Source: Lama glama
Lineage: Eukaryota
Direction: 5' to 3'
Length of the DNA stretch: 64,000 bases
Assembly (NCBI GenBank): GCA_028534125.1
Contig: CM052849.1
Span: forward strand, 20,646,001 to 20,710,000
The notes beneath the pieces were generated by a model. It was not told the DNA's origin and searched no databases. It worked only from the letters and a program-made list of their open reading frames with translations. Shown one piece after another: positions 47,701 to 60,193 of the stretch (its first letter is position 1; each line of letters begins with the position of its first letter). The translations under genes and the position numbers were made by a program.

Positions 47701-50700
47701 GGGGACTCTGAACGCGGCACGTGGACGCATCCGTGGTTGTTATTCCCAGGGAAGCAGACCTGATGTGGAGATTGACAGGGGTGAGGCTTGATTTTGTGGT
47801 CTGCGCCCTTAGAAGGAGGGCGGGAGGGGAGATTGCCCAGGACAGCTGGACCGTTCATCGTGGTCCTGGGTCAGTGGATGGGGCACCAGGAGGGGTGTGG
47901 CCTTGGGGGCCTCTGCTCCTGAGCTTCCTGTGGGCAGGCACCGCAGGGGCCACTGCCACAGCTGGTTCTTCCTAAAGGGGGTCTCGGCGCTGAATCAGGG
48001 GCACCCTCAGATAGAGCAGGGACTGAATAAGTGGTGAAGAAGAGGAGCAGGTGACCCGCACAATGCTGTACATGTCGACGGTGCCGGCAGAGGGGTGCTG
48101 GGTGTGAGGGGCGCTGCCTGTGGTGGGGTGCGGAGTATGGGGGAGTGTACTAGACTTAGAGGGCTGCTGTCGGGGGAGGGGTTCCGGTATGAGGGAAGGA
48201 GTGCTCAAGGATTCTGGATTTTATTGGCATGAGCCATTCCGAGTGGAGCGGCATGCGTCTGAACACTTTCCTGGCCTGGGCAGTCGCATGGACGCATTGC
48301 TGTATCTGGCCAGCCTCTGCAGGCAGCTGAGTCCCTCACTCTGCTGTCCCACATGGAGGTCAGCCCAGCCAGGGTGGGTGTGCAACAGGCAGGCCAGGGC
48401 AGCCCAGGGAACAAGGGATGGGCACCTTGGAGGGTCCTGGGGACCCACCCTCCTGGCCAGGAAACATCCCACCCCCACCCTTCTGTCCTGCCAGATGCTG
48501 GAGGGGAGGAGGCACCCTGTGCTCCCTGGGAGTTCCCATCCCAGCATCTTGGCCCTGAGCTTGTGTGTACTGGGGTGGGGAGGCCATCCGAGAGCCCCCA
48601 CGGGTCACTGTCAAGCTGGGATGTCACAGATCTGGACAGCTACTTGCCCCTAGGGCTTTGGGCATTGAGGAGTTAGCGCTTGACCCAGCAGGATGGCTTG
48701 GCCCTCCAGCGCAGTAAACACTCTGGCTCCTGGTTCTGCTGTATCAGGAACACTGCCAGAGCTGCCTGCAAAGGTCACGTGTGGCCTCAGGTGCTGAGCA
48801 GGGGAGGGGTAGGGATGGCAGTGCCAGAGGCCACTAGCCCCCGCCTGCCTGGGGGCTGCACCGCAGTCCAAGTTTCTGCGAAGCCCTGCCAGGGGTGAGG
48901 GGCCGACTGGGCAGGGCCCAGCAGGGTCTCAGGTTGGGAGATGGAGAGGGGGAGCTGCCACCAGGCTGGGTGCCACCCGGTGCCTCAGTCTTCTCGTCTG
49001 TGAGAAGGTGGAGCCGCGGTACCCGCCGCAAAGGGCTGTGGGCAGAATAAACGGGCCCGCCAGGCACCTGCTGTTACTGCCAACTCCCTCGCTCTGCACT
49101 GTGGGGCGGGTCGCTGTCACCTGCCACGTGTCTGCCTGTGGCATCACTGAGGGCTGTGGCCTCTGTGCCGCCCGTCCTGGGGCCCTGCTCCACTGGGCTG
49201 CAGCCGAGCAAGTCTCAGCGTCCCTGCCCTGGTTGGGGGCCAGTGGCAGAAAGCAGGTACGCCAGCGGCAGGTACTTCCAGACCGCGCTGGCTGCTGTGG
49301 TGGCACCTGGTGGCAGCCGTGGCGGGGGTCAGGTCAGCACCCCAGAAGAACAGCAGGGACGTCAGGCTGAGGGCAGACGCAAGGTGGGGTGCAGGTGCGC
49401 CGGGGCCCCAGGGGAGGAAGGGAGGACCCTCCGGCTCCGGCCTCAGCGGGGCTTGTCCCAGCCACCCAAGCGCATCGGGCCCTTTGGCGCTCCTCGGTGG
49501 GCCGCCCCTTGGGAGCTGTGGGGAGTGGTCAGCAAGGCGGACTGGATGCTGGGAGGTGCTCTGCTCCAGCTTGGGGCCTGGAGCCCCAGGCTGGGTTTTC
49601 CGGGCCCCAGGGCAGGGTGATGTGGGTGTGTCCCCCCAACCCACGTGTCTTGTGCTGTCATCAAGCAAGGGTTGGATTTAGTGGCAGGAGAGCGTTCGCT
49701 CATGAAAAACCCTCCAGTCTCTGTGGCATTTTTCAACCGTCTTTAAACCTTCCCCACTCCCATTATTTTATTTCAAACTGGCAGCAACCTGGTGAAGAGG
49801 CACCAGCCACTGAGAGGCAGAAGCTGGGGTGCACACGGCAGCCCACTGACCAGAGAACATCCCCACCCAGCACATGCGGGGTGCGGCCTTCTGTGGGCCC
49901 CAGATTTGCACCCCCTGGTCACTTTGCAGGGACTGCCAGGGAAGCCACTCCAGATGCCCTCTGGGGCCCCTGCCCTGCAAGCCCCTCTGGCTCCACGCGG
50001 AGCCCCTGGCTTCCACACAGGGTCCCTTTCCTCCCCTGCTCTCCACGTGGAAGGCTCCAGACACTCTAGATGCCACTGGCACCCCAGAGCTGTCTTGTCA
50101 CACCCCGCTGCTCTGTGAGCTCAGCTCTGGGGGCTCTCCTGCCCACCATGGTGTGGCCGGGCTGCAGGCCACAGGCGCTCACCTGGCTCCTGGGAGGGAA
50201 TGGCCTCAGCCTCTCCAGGGCAGCTTATGGCCCTCCATGGGGGCCTCTCGGTGGTGCAATGGGATGCTCGGGGCTCCTAGCGGGCAAAGAAGCCATGGGG
50301 CTGGCTTGGGTGCGGTCCTCCCCTGGGTACCTCTCCAGAGGGTGGCCTGCGGGGAAGGGAGTGTGAGGCCAAGCCTTGGACTGCATTGTCACTGTCAAGT
50401 GTCCCCTGGGCTGGGACCACACATGGTATGGACTCTGGGGGTCTTGTGGGGGCCACCACCGCCCCCTCACCTCTGCCGGGCCCTCCCCAGCCTCCTCCCT
50501 CTCCCCTCCAGACAGGGGACAGCTTCTGCCCCTGGACCCCTCTTCCCACCCATCTTGGCCTGCAGCCAGCACCTGGGGCAACTGCAGAGGGGTAGGGGTG
50601 GCAGGCCCACTCCCCTCCTGGCCCCTGCGGTCCCTCCAGTGAGGGCTCACCACGGCTTCCGGCCCCTGCTAGCCCCCAGGGCTTCCTCGCCCCTTACATC

Positions 50701-51084
50701 ACCTGCGTGTCTAATTCCCTGCTGCTGGTTGAGGTCCCCAAGTGGGTCTGCCTTTCTGCCTGGACCCTGATCACAAGTTGGTCAGCCGCAGGCAGGCCCC
50801 AACCCCTCAGATTAGCCCAGAGCAATGAGGCCCCCCCCGAGGCCTTGACCTCCCTCACACCTTCAGGCATCGTGAGCCAAAGGCCTCACCATCCTGTCCC
50901 TGGAAGCTGGACACAGATGTTCTGGACAAACCTGCAGGAGCCCTCAAGGCAGCAGCCAGATGTGCCTGGAGCCACAGCTGGAGGGGTGGTCAGCCCGGGG
51001 AGCAGGTGGATGACAGACTGGGCCACTGGGAAGCTGACATTCAGTGCTGTGGAACCGGCGGGGCTTCTGGGGCACAGGAGGCTG

Positions 51085-51400
51085 GGAATTAACGTTAACT
51101 CTGTTCTGGTGAAGACTTTTTGTGTTGATAAATAATTCATAAGGCAGTTAGCGCTCCGAGTCTGACAACACGAGAATATATTAATACAGTCGACTCCACG
51201 AAAGGTCAGCCGCCGCGCGCAGCGGGCGGGGCCGGGGACCGCCTTTTATGCGTTCTCTGACACGGGCTCATTCGTCATTCCGGCCCAGCAAGGGCTGCGC
51301 CTGGAGAGCCGCTCATGAGGGAAAGGGGGCGCGGGGCGGCATAACACGTGGTCCGCGGGGCGGAGGGAGAGGGGGCCCGAGGTGAGGCCCCCGAGACCGG
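51085..51400. promoter_or_regulatory. Intronic CpG-rich element with adjacent AT-rich motif block
   Basis: AT-rich 51085-51190 followed by 'gccgccgcgcgcagcgggcggggccgggg' and 'ggggcgcggggcggc...cacgtg'. Confidence 0.45.
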
Positions 51401-53609
51401 AGCAGAGGGTCCCCTGCCCCTGCAGCTTGCGTGGGGCCGGGGATGGGTGGGGAGAGTCGCACAGGGACCCCAGAACTGCTGGCCGTCCCCAGGCGTTGGT
51501 GGTGCCCTCACTGTGGTCCAGGTGCCACTCCAGGCCCCAAGGTCAGAGGATTCAAGAAAACCCAGAAGTCCCTGCTCTGGTGGGGGCCATGGAGGGAGGG
51601 GCAGATGGGAAAGAGAAGTCAGAGGTGTGGTGTGTCAGCAGAGCGCACGGAGCCAATGAAGCCGGAAGGGGAGAGGGTGTGGCGGGGCACCAGTGTAGGT
51701 TTGGAGGAGCAGCCTGGCCTCTTGGGGTACCTGGGGGACAGGCTCTCCTCAGGGGACCAGCATGAACGGGCCCTGCCTGTTGTGTCAGTGTGTGTGTGCA
51801 GGCCGGCGTGCATGTGTGGCCGGCAGGTGGTGGCGGGGGTGCCAGGTCAGCTGGTGGCCTTTGGGGCCTGTGGAGGTCTGGGGACATCACGTTTGCCCCA
51901 GGAGTGAGACGCTTTTGGCTGCTGCTGTCACCAGGAGCTGCCAGCGGGGACAGATGAGGCACCGAGCAGGGGATGGGAGGTGGAGGGACAGATAGGTTCG
52001 GCCCATCTGGGGGCAGAGGATTTGCTCACGGGACAGGCGGAGGCTTCCGGGGACTCAGGGAGGGCCCCCTGGAAGGACGGGGCTGCGCCAGCTGCAGCAG
52101 GAGATGGCAGCCTGGTGGAGGTGGCCTCCGTGCCTGTGGTCACAGCATCCTGCATCACCCCTCAGGGTGGGGACCACATGGCCCCAGGACAGAACTAGAA
52201 AGCAGAGAGTGCGCCTCGATGAAGCAGAGGGGAAGAGAGAAGTCATCTAGGGAAAATGAGTCCGTTCCGAATGGGAGCAGCGAGCCTGGGTCCGCCGGCC
52301 GCCGGGCGAGTCCCAGCGTGGCTCCGCAAAGCCGGGGCCCCGGGGCCTCCCAGCGCACCCTCACCTGGAAAAGCACCCGCAGAGCGCTGCCCCAGTTGTT
52401 GATGGCCTTGGTAACCGGAGAAAATGAAAAGTCATTTTGTGTTTTTCATAGCTGTTAGGGTCAAGGCTCTGGAGATACCAGGCAGGTTTTCATCTTCGTG
52501 AACTTCATCTCCCGGAACATTCCAGAATCGTGTGAGGTGCTGAGCAGTGCTGTGGGGACGGCCTGCAGCACAGGCAGTGCCCCGACTCTGCGCTCCCAGA
52601 GCTCCTTGAGACCCCGGGTGGGGAGGAGGAGGGTGGGGCAGTTCACAGGTCAATGGTCAGAGCTCACGTCATCGTAAGTCCACTCGCTCATTCATTCATT
52701 CATTCGTGCATCCATGCCCACGCCATACTGCAGGAATGAGATCTTAGTTCTCAGGGAAACTGGGTTCAATGGAATGAGACTGATGATACACAAACTAGCA
52801 GCTAATTGAAGCCGGTTGTAGAGCAAGGGCAGGACTGTGAATCGGCGCTCTGTGGGGTGCTGCCTGACCAGAGCTCCGGGGAGAGCGAAGGGGCCAGATT
52901 GGCAGGGATGTGGGGGCTAGGCAGCAGGCAGGTCACACAGGCCAGGCATGGGAGGGACCAGAATTCTGTTCCAGGTCCTCTTGAGATTGGCAAGTTAGGA
53001 GGGTGGCTTTTTCTGGGCTGGCCTCCCTTCTGACCAGGCACGGACTCCACCCCAGACTCTCCCCACTGAGGACAGACCAGGCACTGACCCCTCATAAGCT
53101 GCGGTGTCCACAGCGACATCTCAGACTTGAGGCCCAGGGTGGTGCCAGGCTGCCCTCAAGCCCTGCACCATGTTGCTTTGCGTTCCCCCAGAGTGCTCTC
53201 AGCCAAGTCTGAAAATGCAGGAGGAGGCCCGGAGGCACCCCCGGTCCCCCAGGGCCCTGCGAAATCCACCGCCCAGCCGCAGGACTGTTTCTTCTCAGCT
53301 GGGTGTGGTGGCCTCTGTGCCCTACCTCCCAGACCACTGCCTAGACCACAGGCCACCCTGAGCTCCCCACAGGGCCAAGGGTGGGAAGGGGCTGTGCGCT
53401 CTGGCCCTCCCGGCCAGGAGGGGCTGTGGGGTGTGCACACGAGTGGCGTGGGGGAAGCACCTGGCCAGGGCGGGTTCTGTCCCCACCTGTAACAGATGGC
53501 GGCCCTGCCTCCCACATGCACCTGAGTGGTCCCAGCTGCGCATCTCTGCTCAGTGGGTCTCACTCACCATCAGCTCCCAGAAGCAGTCTGCTCTCGGGCT
53601 ATTAGGATG

Positions 53610-53614
53610 CAGTC

Positions 53615-53662
<48 letters not shown>

Positions 53663-53755
53663 GCCTAAACACTCATAAAAAGTGAATTAGCTGAGTAAAC
53701 AAGAATGGAATTTTTCAGGATCCGCCCTCCATTATCCTGCATAAGTAATCAGGCC
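53610..53755. promoter_or_regulatory. Candidate homeodomain/forkhead enhancer
   Basis: TTAATTG x2, TAATTAG, CTCATAAAA and GTAAACA within about 90 bp. Confidence 0.5.
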
Positions 53756-55984
53756 TGACTGTGACTTCCTGGGCCGAGGTGGCCAAGGGTCCTTTGAGAG
53801 GCAGTGCTGAGAGCTAGGTCCAGTCTCAGCCACCATGAGGGAGCCTCTGGCGTGGGGCCCTGACCAAATGGGCCAGGCTAAGACCATGGGCTCCCTGAGG
53901 CCCAGCCACTCAGCCTCAGCACCCACCTCTGTGAGCAGGTGGGCCTGGGGGGAACGAGTGACGTGTGTAGACATGACCCCAGTGAACAAACACAGCGTCA
54001 GCCCCACGCCCTGTGGTTTTCTGGGCCTTTGCCACCAGCAGGATGTCAGGGAGACTCCCCTCCCCTCCCCTGCCCCCACTCCTGCCAGCCCCACGGTCCC
54101 AGGACTGCCGCCCAGCAGAGCCCAGACCCCAGCACAGTTGACCAGGGCACAGGGCCCGCTGGGGTCTAGACCCAGCTCCCAGCCCCTGCTCACTGGCCAC
54201 GTGGCCATGAGCAAGTCCCTTTACCCTTTGAGCCTCTGCTTTCTCCTCTGTGAAATGGACTTTCGCACTGTGAGTGCTGGCGGCCGCAGGTCCCACCTGG
54301 AGCAGCGCCTGCCAGGTATATTGCCCAGCGCTTCAGACCCAGTCACCCGATGATCCCACGGCCTCCCCATTCCACAGTCGAGACAACTGGTGATCCCCAG
54401 GGGAGGGCCAGTGGCCTCCCTGCCCCCAGGTCTACCCCTGAGGGGGAGGGGAAGCCCAGCCAAAAGCTTTATTTACGTGATTGAGGTGAGGATACAAGGG
54501 TGAAAAATGGCCTTTACGCCTACTCCAGACAGTGAAGGAACAGCAGTGCCATCTCCCAGGCTGCTCCCGCCAGTTGGGGCTCGTAGCCTTGTTTGACTCC
54601 ACATTTTAGCTGAAGCACTTAATTGGCATGTGTTCGACATCACGAAGGAGCGTTTGCAGCAGAAACGAAGGGGACACCTCAAGCCTTTCCTAGTGAAGGA
54701 TGGATTTCTGCCCGGGTGGGGTCACTCTGCTCCCTCTGTGGAGCCGCGCCTCCCTTCCCCCAGTTCTTCCAGGGCGGCTCCGACACACAGAATGTTTAAT
54801 AAGCCGGAGCTGGTGTGCGGGGCCACGGGAGGGCGAGAGCCTGAGCACAGACACGGACTGACCGCATAATCGGTGCTCCTGGGCCACACGCATGGGGCCA
54901 CGTGGCCCCGTGGCAGGAGGATGCCCGGTCTCGGCACATGTATGCGCACGGCACACGTGAGCCGTGAGCACATACCCAGCGAGCGCTGCCGCCCGCACCA
55001 AGGACTGATGCCAAGCAGTTCCCAGGTGTCCCAGGCACGCCTCTGGCCACGTGGGTGCAGCCCAGGATGGGGTTCTGCACCGACTGCCCAGCAGCTCAGA
55101 CCTTCCTCACCCCGATGCCCAGGTGGGCTGAACAACGTCCTGTCACCTTCCGCTCACACCCAGGCCACAGATCCTGCCAACTTTTTTCAGTTTGTGCTGT
55201 TCTGGCCTTTGCAGGTGACAGTGCCCACTGGGAGCGTGTCCCAGGCTGGGAAGGAGAGGCAGACCCTCCTTTGCCTCCAGCAGCTCTATAAGCAGCTCAT
55301 GCACTACAGCTGGGGCAGGAACCCAGCCCGCCTCCTGAGCGCCAGGCCATGCGCCACCCCTCGGCCCTCTCTGACCCCTGGATCGAGGCAAGGCTGCCTG
55401 AGTGAGAAGCTGGAGGACAGAAGCAGGGCTGGGAGTGGCTTCATGCCTTCCCCCAGCCACCTTCCTCAAGGGCAGCCCTTCACCTCCGTCCATTGCACAG
55501 TGGAGGCTCCAAAGTGATCAGGAGGGTCCCACTCTGTCCCCACAGGTGTCTCAGGGCCAGGTCTGGATGCTGGAACATCTGATGGGAGCAGAGGCTCAGC
55601 AGCAGGTCTCCTTGCCGATGAATTTTTCATGCCTTTGTCTGAGAAATGGGAGATGGACAGCCTCTCCCAGCTCTGCTGTGACGTGGTCGTCAACGCTCAC
55701 ACCAAGAGAAGAAAAGGCCTGTTTCTATTGCTGCTGAATAATCATGCTGACTTGTGTCCCCAGTCATGGAGGGTGATGAGCGACCTTCACCCCAAGCAAG
55801 CTGTTGCCCAGGTTTCTGGAAGAGACTTAGTGATGGAGTCCAAGTTCTCCAGACCTGTGCAGGTGCCCCTAGGGGAGCAGGCACTGTCAGGAGAGGAGGT
55901 GTCTGTGCCCAGGCACCATGGAGGACTCAGATGCCTCCAAGTGCTAGCCAGGCAGTATGAAGGAAGGGGCTGGGCCAGGTTGCA

Positions 55985-56048
55985 GTGATGATGATGAAGA
56001 TGGCAGTGGTGATGATGGTGAAGATGGTGATGATGACAGTGACAGTGG
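55985..56048. repeat. (GAT/GGT)n trinucleotide repeat at the tail of a minus-strand MIR
   Basis: gtgatgatgatgaagatggcagtggtgatgatggtgaagatggtgatgatgac. Confidence 0.8.
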
Positions 56049-56265
56049 CTCACATGCATGGAGCCCTGACTCCCAACCAGCTGCGGTTCTGAGCAGTCCA
56101 CACATCCTGACTAGTTTTACTCCAAGCCCACGCCAGTGTGGAGGCATCATCCCTTCCCTGTGGATGAGGAAACTGAGGCTCAGACAGATGAAACGAGCTG
56201 CCAGTGTCACCCTGTGTGGAGGAAGCAGGAAGGAACCCTGTAACCAGGCTCCAGAGCCCACTGTG
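56049..56265 (-). mobile_element. MIR SINE
   Basis: 'catcatcccttccctgtggatgaggaaactgaggctcaga' is the MIR core. Confidence 0.65.
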
Positions 56266-57197
56266 TGGCTGTGTTCCCAGCACTTGACAAAGACCAGCAC
56301 TCGGGCCTGGACATCAGGAGAGGCAGGGATGGGCTGCAGCGGAGCCCACAGGGAGCGCTGCTCAGCAGTGGGCAGCGTGGCTTCTCGTTCTCAGTAATCC
56401 ACAGGGTTTCATGAGGAATCTCCAGATTTGTAAATGTTGGCAGATAACTTATTTTTTTCATTAGGCCAAGCTAAGTCCATCAGCAGCCCCATCCAGCTAT
56501 GGCTTCTCAAGCCGTCTCAGGGCCTTGCCCACCCATGGGTGGGGGCGAGGACGGCCACCAACGGAGCCTGGGAGGTACCATGTGATCTGCAGTGGCCTGA
56601 GGCACGAAGCAGCTGAGCCTCAGGGCTTTGGGATGCGGAGCCCCAAGCTCACATCTGCCTCTGACCTAGCTGAGTTTAGGGCTCCCAGATGGGTTCCTCG
56701 CTCTAACCACCCCAAGCCACAGGAGTGCATGCCCAACACAGCCCCTGGGCAGGAGAGAAGAACTGAGCCCACTGGTGTAAGGCAGTGCCTCTCCCAGCCA
56801 ATCATTCCAGTCACCTAGGCCCCAGGCAGTCAGGCAGGTGATTCTGAAGACTGCACTCAGGACTGTAACCCTCTGGGCTGACTGAAGGATGGGCAGAGGA
56901 CAGCCCTGGGCGAGTGGGCCTACTGATACATTGTTTGCTGGCTAGGCCAGGCTGGGAGGAGCTTGTAGGCCAGGAGAGGGATGAGATTTGAACTTGGGGC
57001 AAGCAGGGAAGGAAAGAGTTGAAGTTGGGGTCTCATTAGGGCCAAGGAGGGCTCAGCTTTTGGGCATCAGCTATCAGGGTTTTGGACAAGAGCTGGCACT
57101 TCCAGGGCTGAGAGATACTTCCCCAAAACTCTCAGGTTTGGGCATTCAACCATTCCAAAGGGGCACCCCTCATGCTTTGCCTTGTTGGAAAACAGTA

Positions 57198-58195
57198 NNN
57201 NNNNNNNNNNNNNNNNNNNNNNNNNNNNNNNNNNNNNNNNNNNNNNNNNNNNNNNNNNNNNNNNNNNNNNNNNNNNNNNNNNNNNNNNNNNNNNNNNNNN
57301 NNNNNNNNNNNNNNNNNNNNNNNNNNNNNNNNNNNNNNNNNNNNNNNNNNNNNNNNNNNNNNNNNNNNNNNNNNNNNNNNNNNNNNNNNNNNNNNNNNNN
57401 NNNNNNNNNNNNNNNNNNNNNNNNNNNNNNNNNNNNNNNNNNNNNNNNNNNNNNNNNNNNNNNNNNNNNNNNNNNNNNNNNNNNNNNNNNNNNNNNNNNN
57501 NNNNNNNNNNNNNNNNNNNNNNNNNNNNNNNNNNNNNNNNNNNNNNNNNNNNNNNNNNNNNNNNNNNNNNNNNNNNNNNNNNNNNNNNNNNNNNNNNNNN
57601 NNNNNNNNNNNNNNNNNNNNNNNNNNNNNNNNNNNNNNNNNNNNNNNNNNNNNNNNNNNNNNNNNNNNNNNNNNNNNNNNNNNNNNNNNNNNNNNNNNNN
57701 NNNNNNNNNNNNNNNNNNNNNNNNNNNNNNNNNNNNNNNNNNNNNNNTTGATGATGGTTATGGTGGTGATGGTGATGGTGGTGATGGTGATGATGTTGGT
57801 AATGGTGGTGANNNNNNNNNNNNNNNNNNNNNNNNNNNNNNNNNNNNNNNNNNNNNNNNNNNNNNNNNNNNNNNNNNNNNNNNNNNNNNNNNNNNNNNNN
57901 NNNNNNNNNNNNNNNNNNNNNNNNNNNNNNNNNNNNNNNNNNNNNNNNNNNNNNNNNNNNNNNNNNNNNNNNNNNNNNNNNNNNNNNNNNNNNNNNNNNN
58001 NNNNNNNNNNNNNNNNNNNNNNNNNNNNNNNNNNNNNNNNNNNNNNNNNNNNNNNNNNNNNNNNNNNNNNNNNNNNNNNNNNNNNNNNNNNNNNNNNNNN
58101 NNNNNNNNNNNNNNNNNNNNNNNNNNNNNNNNNNNNNNNNNNNNNNNNNNNNNNNNNNNNNNNNNNNNNNNNNNNNNNNNNNNNNNNNNNNNNNN
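57198..58195. other. Two assembly gaps (57198-57747, 57812-58195) flanking a (GAT/GGT)n island
   Basis: N runs; the island at 57748-57811 reads tgatgatggttatggtggtgatggtgatggtg... Confidence 0.95.
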
Positions 58196-58224
58196 AACAT
58201 AGCATCAGGGTGCATATCGTGATG

Positions 58225-58420
58225 ACTATATACCCAGCACTGTGCTAGTGCTTTGCACGTATTCACTCATATAAGCTGCACAACAACCCAGCAGGCGGGC
58301 TGTTGGCTCTGTTTTACAGAAGCATACCTGAGGCACAGAGAGACCATGAGACCTGCCCAAGGCTGCACAGTGTGCGTGGCAACCTAGCATCAGAGCAGGC
58401 ATCTGCTCCAGAGCCATGTC
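58225..58420 (-). mobile_element. MIR SINE
   Basis: 'ccagcactgtgctagtgctttgcacgtatt...cacaacaaccc...gttttacagaagcatacctgaggcacagaga...ctgcccaaggctgcacag'. Confidence 0.75.
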
Positions 58421-58579
58421 TTGGCCTCCCCACCATACCCAGCACATCCCTTGGGGCCTAGGGTCTGTCCCCTGCCCTGTGGGCTCCCTGCCTGGACTCC
58501 CACCACTATCAGGGTGATGCTCTCCAGGGCTGCCCAGCCTGACCTCGTGAAGGTCGCCTCACTCAGGCAGCTCCTGCAA

Positions 58580-58737
58580 GACAGATGTGGCTCTTTTTCC
58601 CTCCTTCTCCTGATTAATTGCCTCATTCAATTCCGACTCTATTGCAGTTAAACATTAATTCAGTAGGACTTAATAACATGAATTCATTTACGAAGCAGCC
58701 TGGGCTGAAACGGTGAGCTGTTTGGTTAATTATAGGC
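58580..58737. promoter_or_regulatory. Candidate homeodomain enhancer
   Basis: TGATTAATTG, ATTAATT, TTTACGA, TTAATTA and a CAGATG E-box in an AT-rich non-repeat island. Confidence 0.45.
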
Positions 58738-60163
58738 TCCGTGCGCTTGCTGGCAAGCACCCTCCCCCGTCCTCCACGTCGAATCACTCAGCTCTCACCC
58801 GTAGTACTGTCGGAGAACGCTGGAAGAGATGTGAAACCCAGCCTGGGATGGAGGGGACCAGGCCTGGGGGTGTGCCCTGAGGGACGGGTGTGCCACACAT
58901 GAGGCTGGACCCCCCTCCCCTGACAGTTTGATGGGACTGCGCTCAGTGACTAACTGAGCATGAAGAGGCCCGATCGGGGGTCCCTAGTATCTCCTGGCCC
59001 CTCAGCTATGTTGGTATCAGCTGCAGGGTCAGAGGGGTTGTTTCCCCCAATAGCCCTCCTCCTCCAGGACCCCCTCCCCACAGGCCACAACCCCCTGGTT
59101 CCCACCCTCCTCTCCTGGCACAGAGACCGTCCTGAAGTGCCAGTCATGCGGCTCCAACAGCAAAACTCAGTCCAGACTTGCTGTGCCATGAAGCTTTGTG
59201 TGTCCTGGCATGTTCTGGCCGCTCACCTTCCCAGCCTCATCTCCCGCTCTCCCCTTGTCGCCTTCCTGCTCTGCCTCCCGAGATTCAGCCACCCGGCTAG
59301 AGGCTGAGGGGCGGTCTGGCCTCTGACCTTGGTTACAGGGCCAGGAGGCGGCCCACAGCCCCTTCTGCCATTTATAGAGGGACCCTCACCCCGGAGGCCT
59401 TGGGCCAGCCTTGCGGGCTGCAGTGCAAGGTTGGGGGGCGGAGGGTCCCTGGGGGTGCTGGAACAGGAAGGCTGTCGGCCTCAGGAAGACCCCCTCAAGT
59501 GCCCATCCCCGGCTGCAGTGAATGGCTGAGGAAACGCAAGGCAGGTCAGCAGTGAACCCGTCCCCGAAGCGCCACACCCCCACCCTCGGGCGGCAGGGTG
59601 TATGGGTGGGGGGAGGTCCCGTCGCCTGAGTGCGCCTGGTTGAGGACACCCCAGAAGCAGCCCGTGTCTGACTGGGGTCCACCCCCTCCTCTGCGTCCCG
59701 GGGAGGTTTAGTCTCAGCAGTGTGATCCACTTGGCACAAACGTGTCACCGTCGCAGTTGCTGGGAAGGGCTGCTTTCTCCTTTATGTTCTTTTCAGGGGG
59801 AGATCGCCGTGGTTTCTAGAGCAGTCTTTCTTTTTAAAGCTCTGCTTGCTGGAAATGGAAAACAAAGACTCGTTTGCACGAGCATCACCATCTTCCCTTA
59901 ACCAGCTGCGCTCACACGTGGAGTGGTTTCTACTGGGGCGTCTACAGGGGCAGCGGGGTCAGGTGCAGGGTGGCCCCCACCCCAGAAGGCAGCACCTGGG
60001 GCGCAGGCCTGTCCTGACCACTTGTCTTCCCCAGGGTCCCAGCCCGCACTGCCCCTCGCCCTCCCCGCGTCCCCTTCCGTCTCCCACACTCCCGCCTTCT
60101 CACCCCTCAGCACCGGCCTGCGCTGACTCACCCCCTCTCTCTCTCTCCCCCTCCCCCCTGCAG

Positions 60164-60193
60164 TGCGACAGCGAGAGTGACGCGGATGACAAG
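60164..60193 (+). CDS. FBRSL1: Fibrosin-like 1, canonical coding exon 5 (30 nt)
   Basis: Branch-like gctgac, long pyrimidine tract ending cag|, donor AAG|gtaagc. Encodes CDSESDADDK. Confidence 0.92.

Noticed and set aside
56988-58266. Long ORFs with poly-His/Thr-Ile/Met-Val runs
   Set aside because: Artefacts of N gaps and the (GAT/GGT)n repeat.
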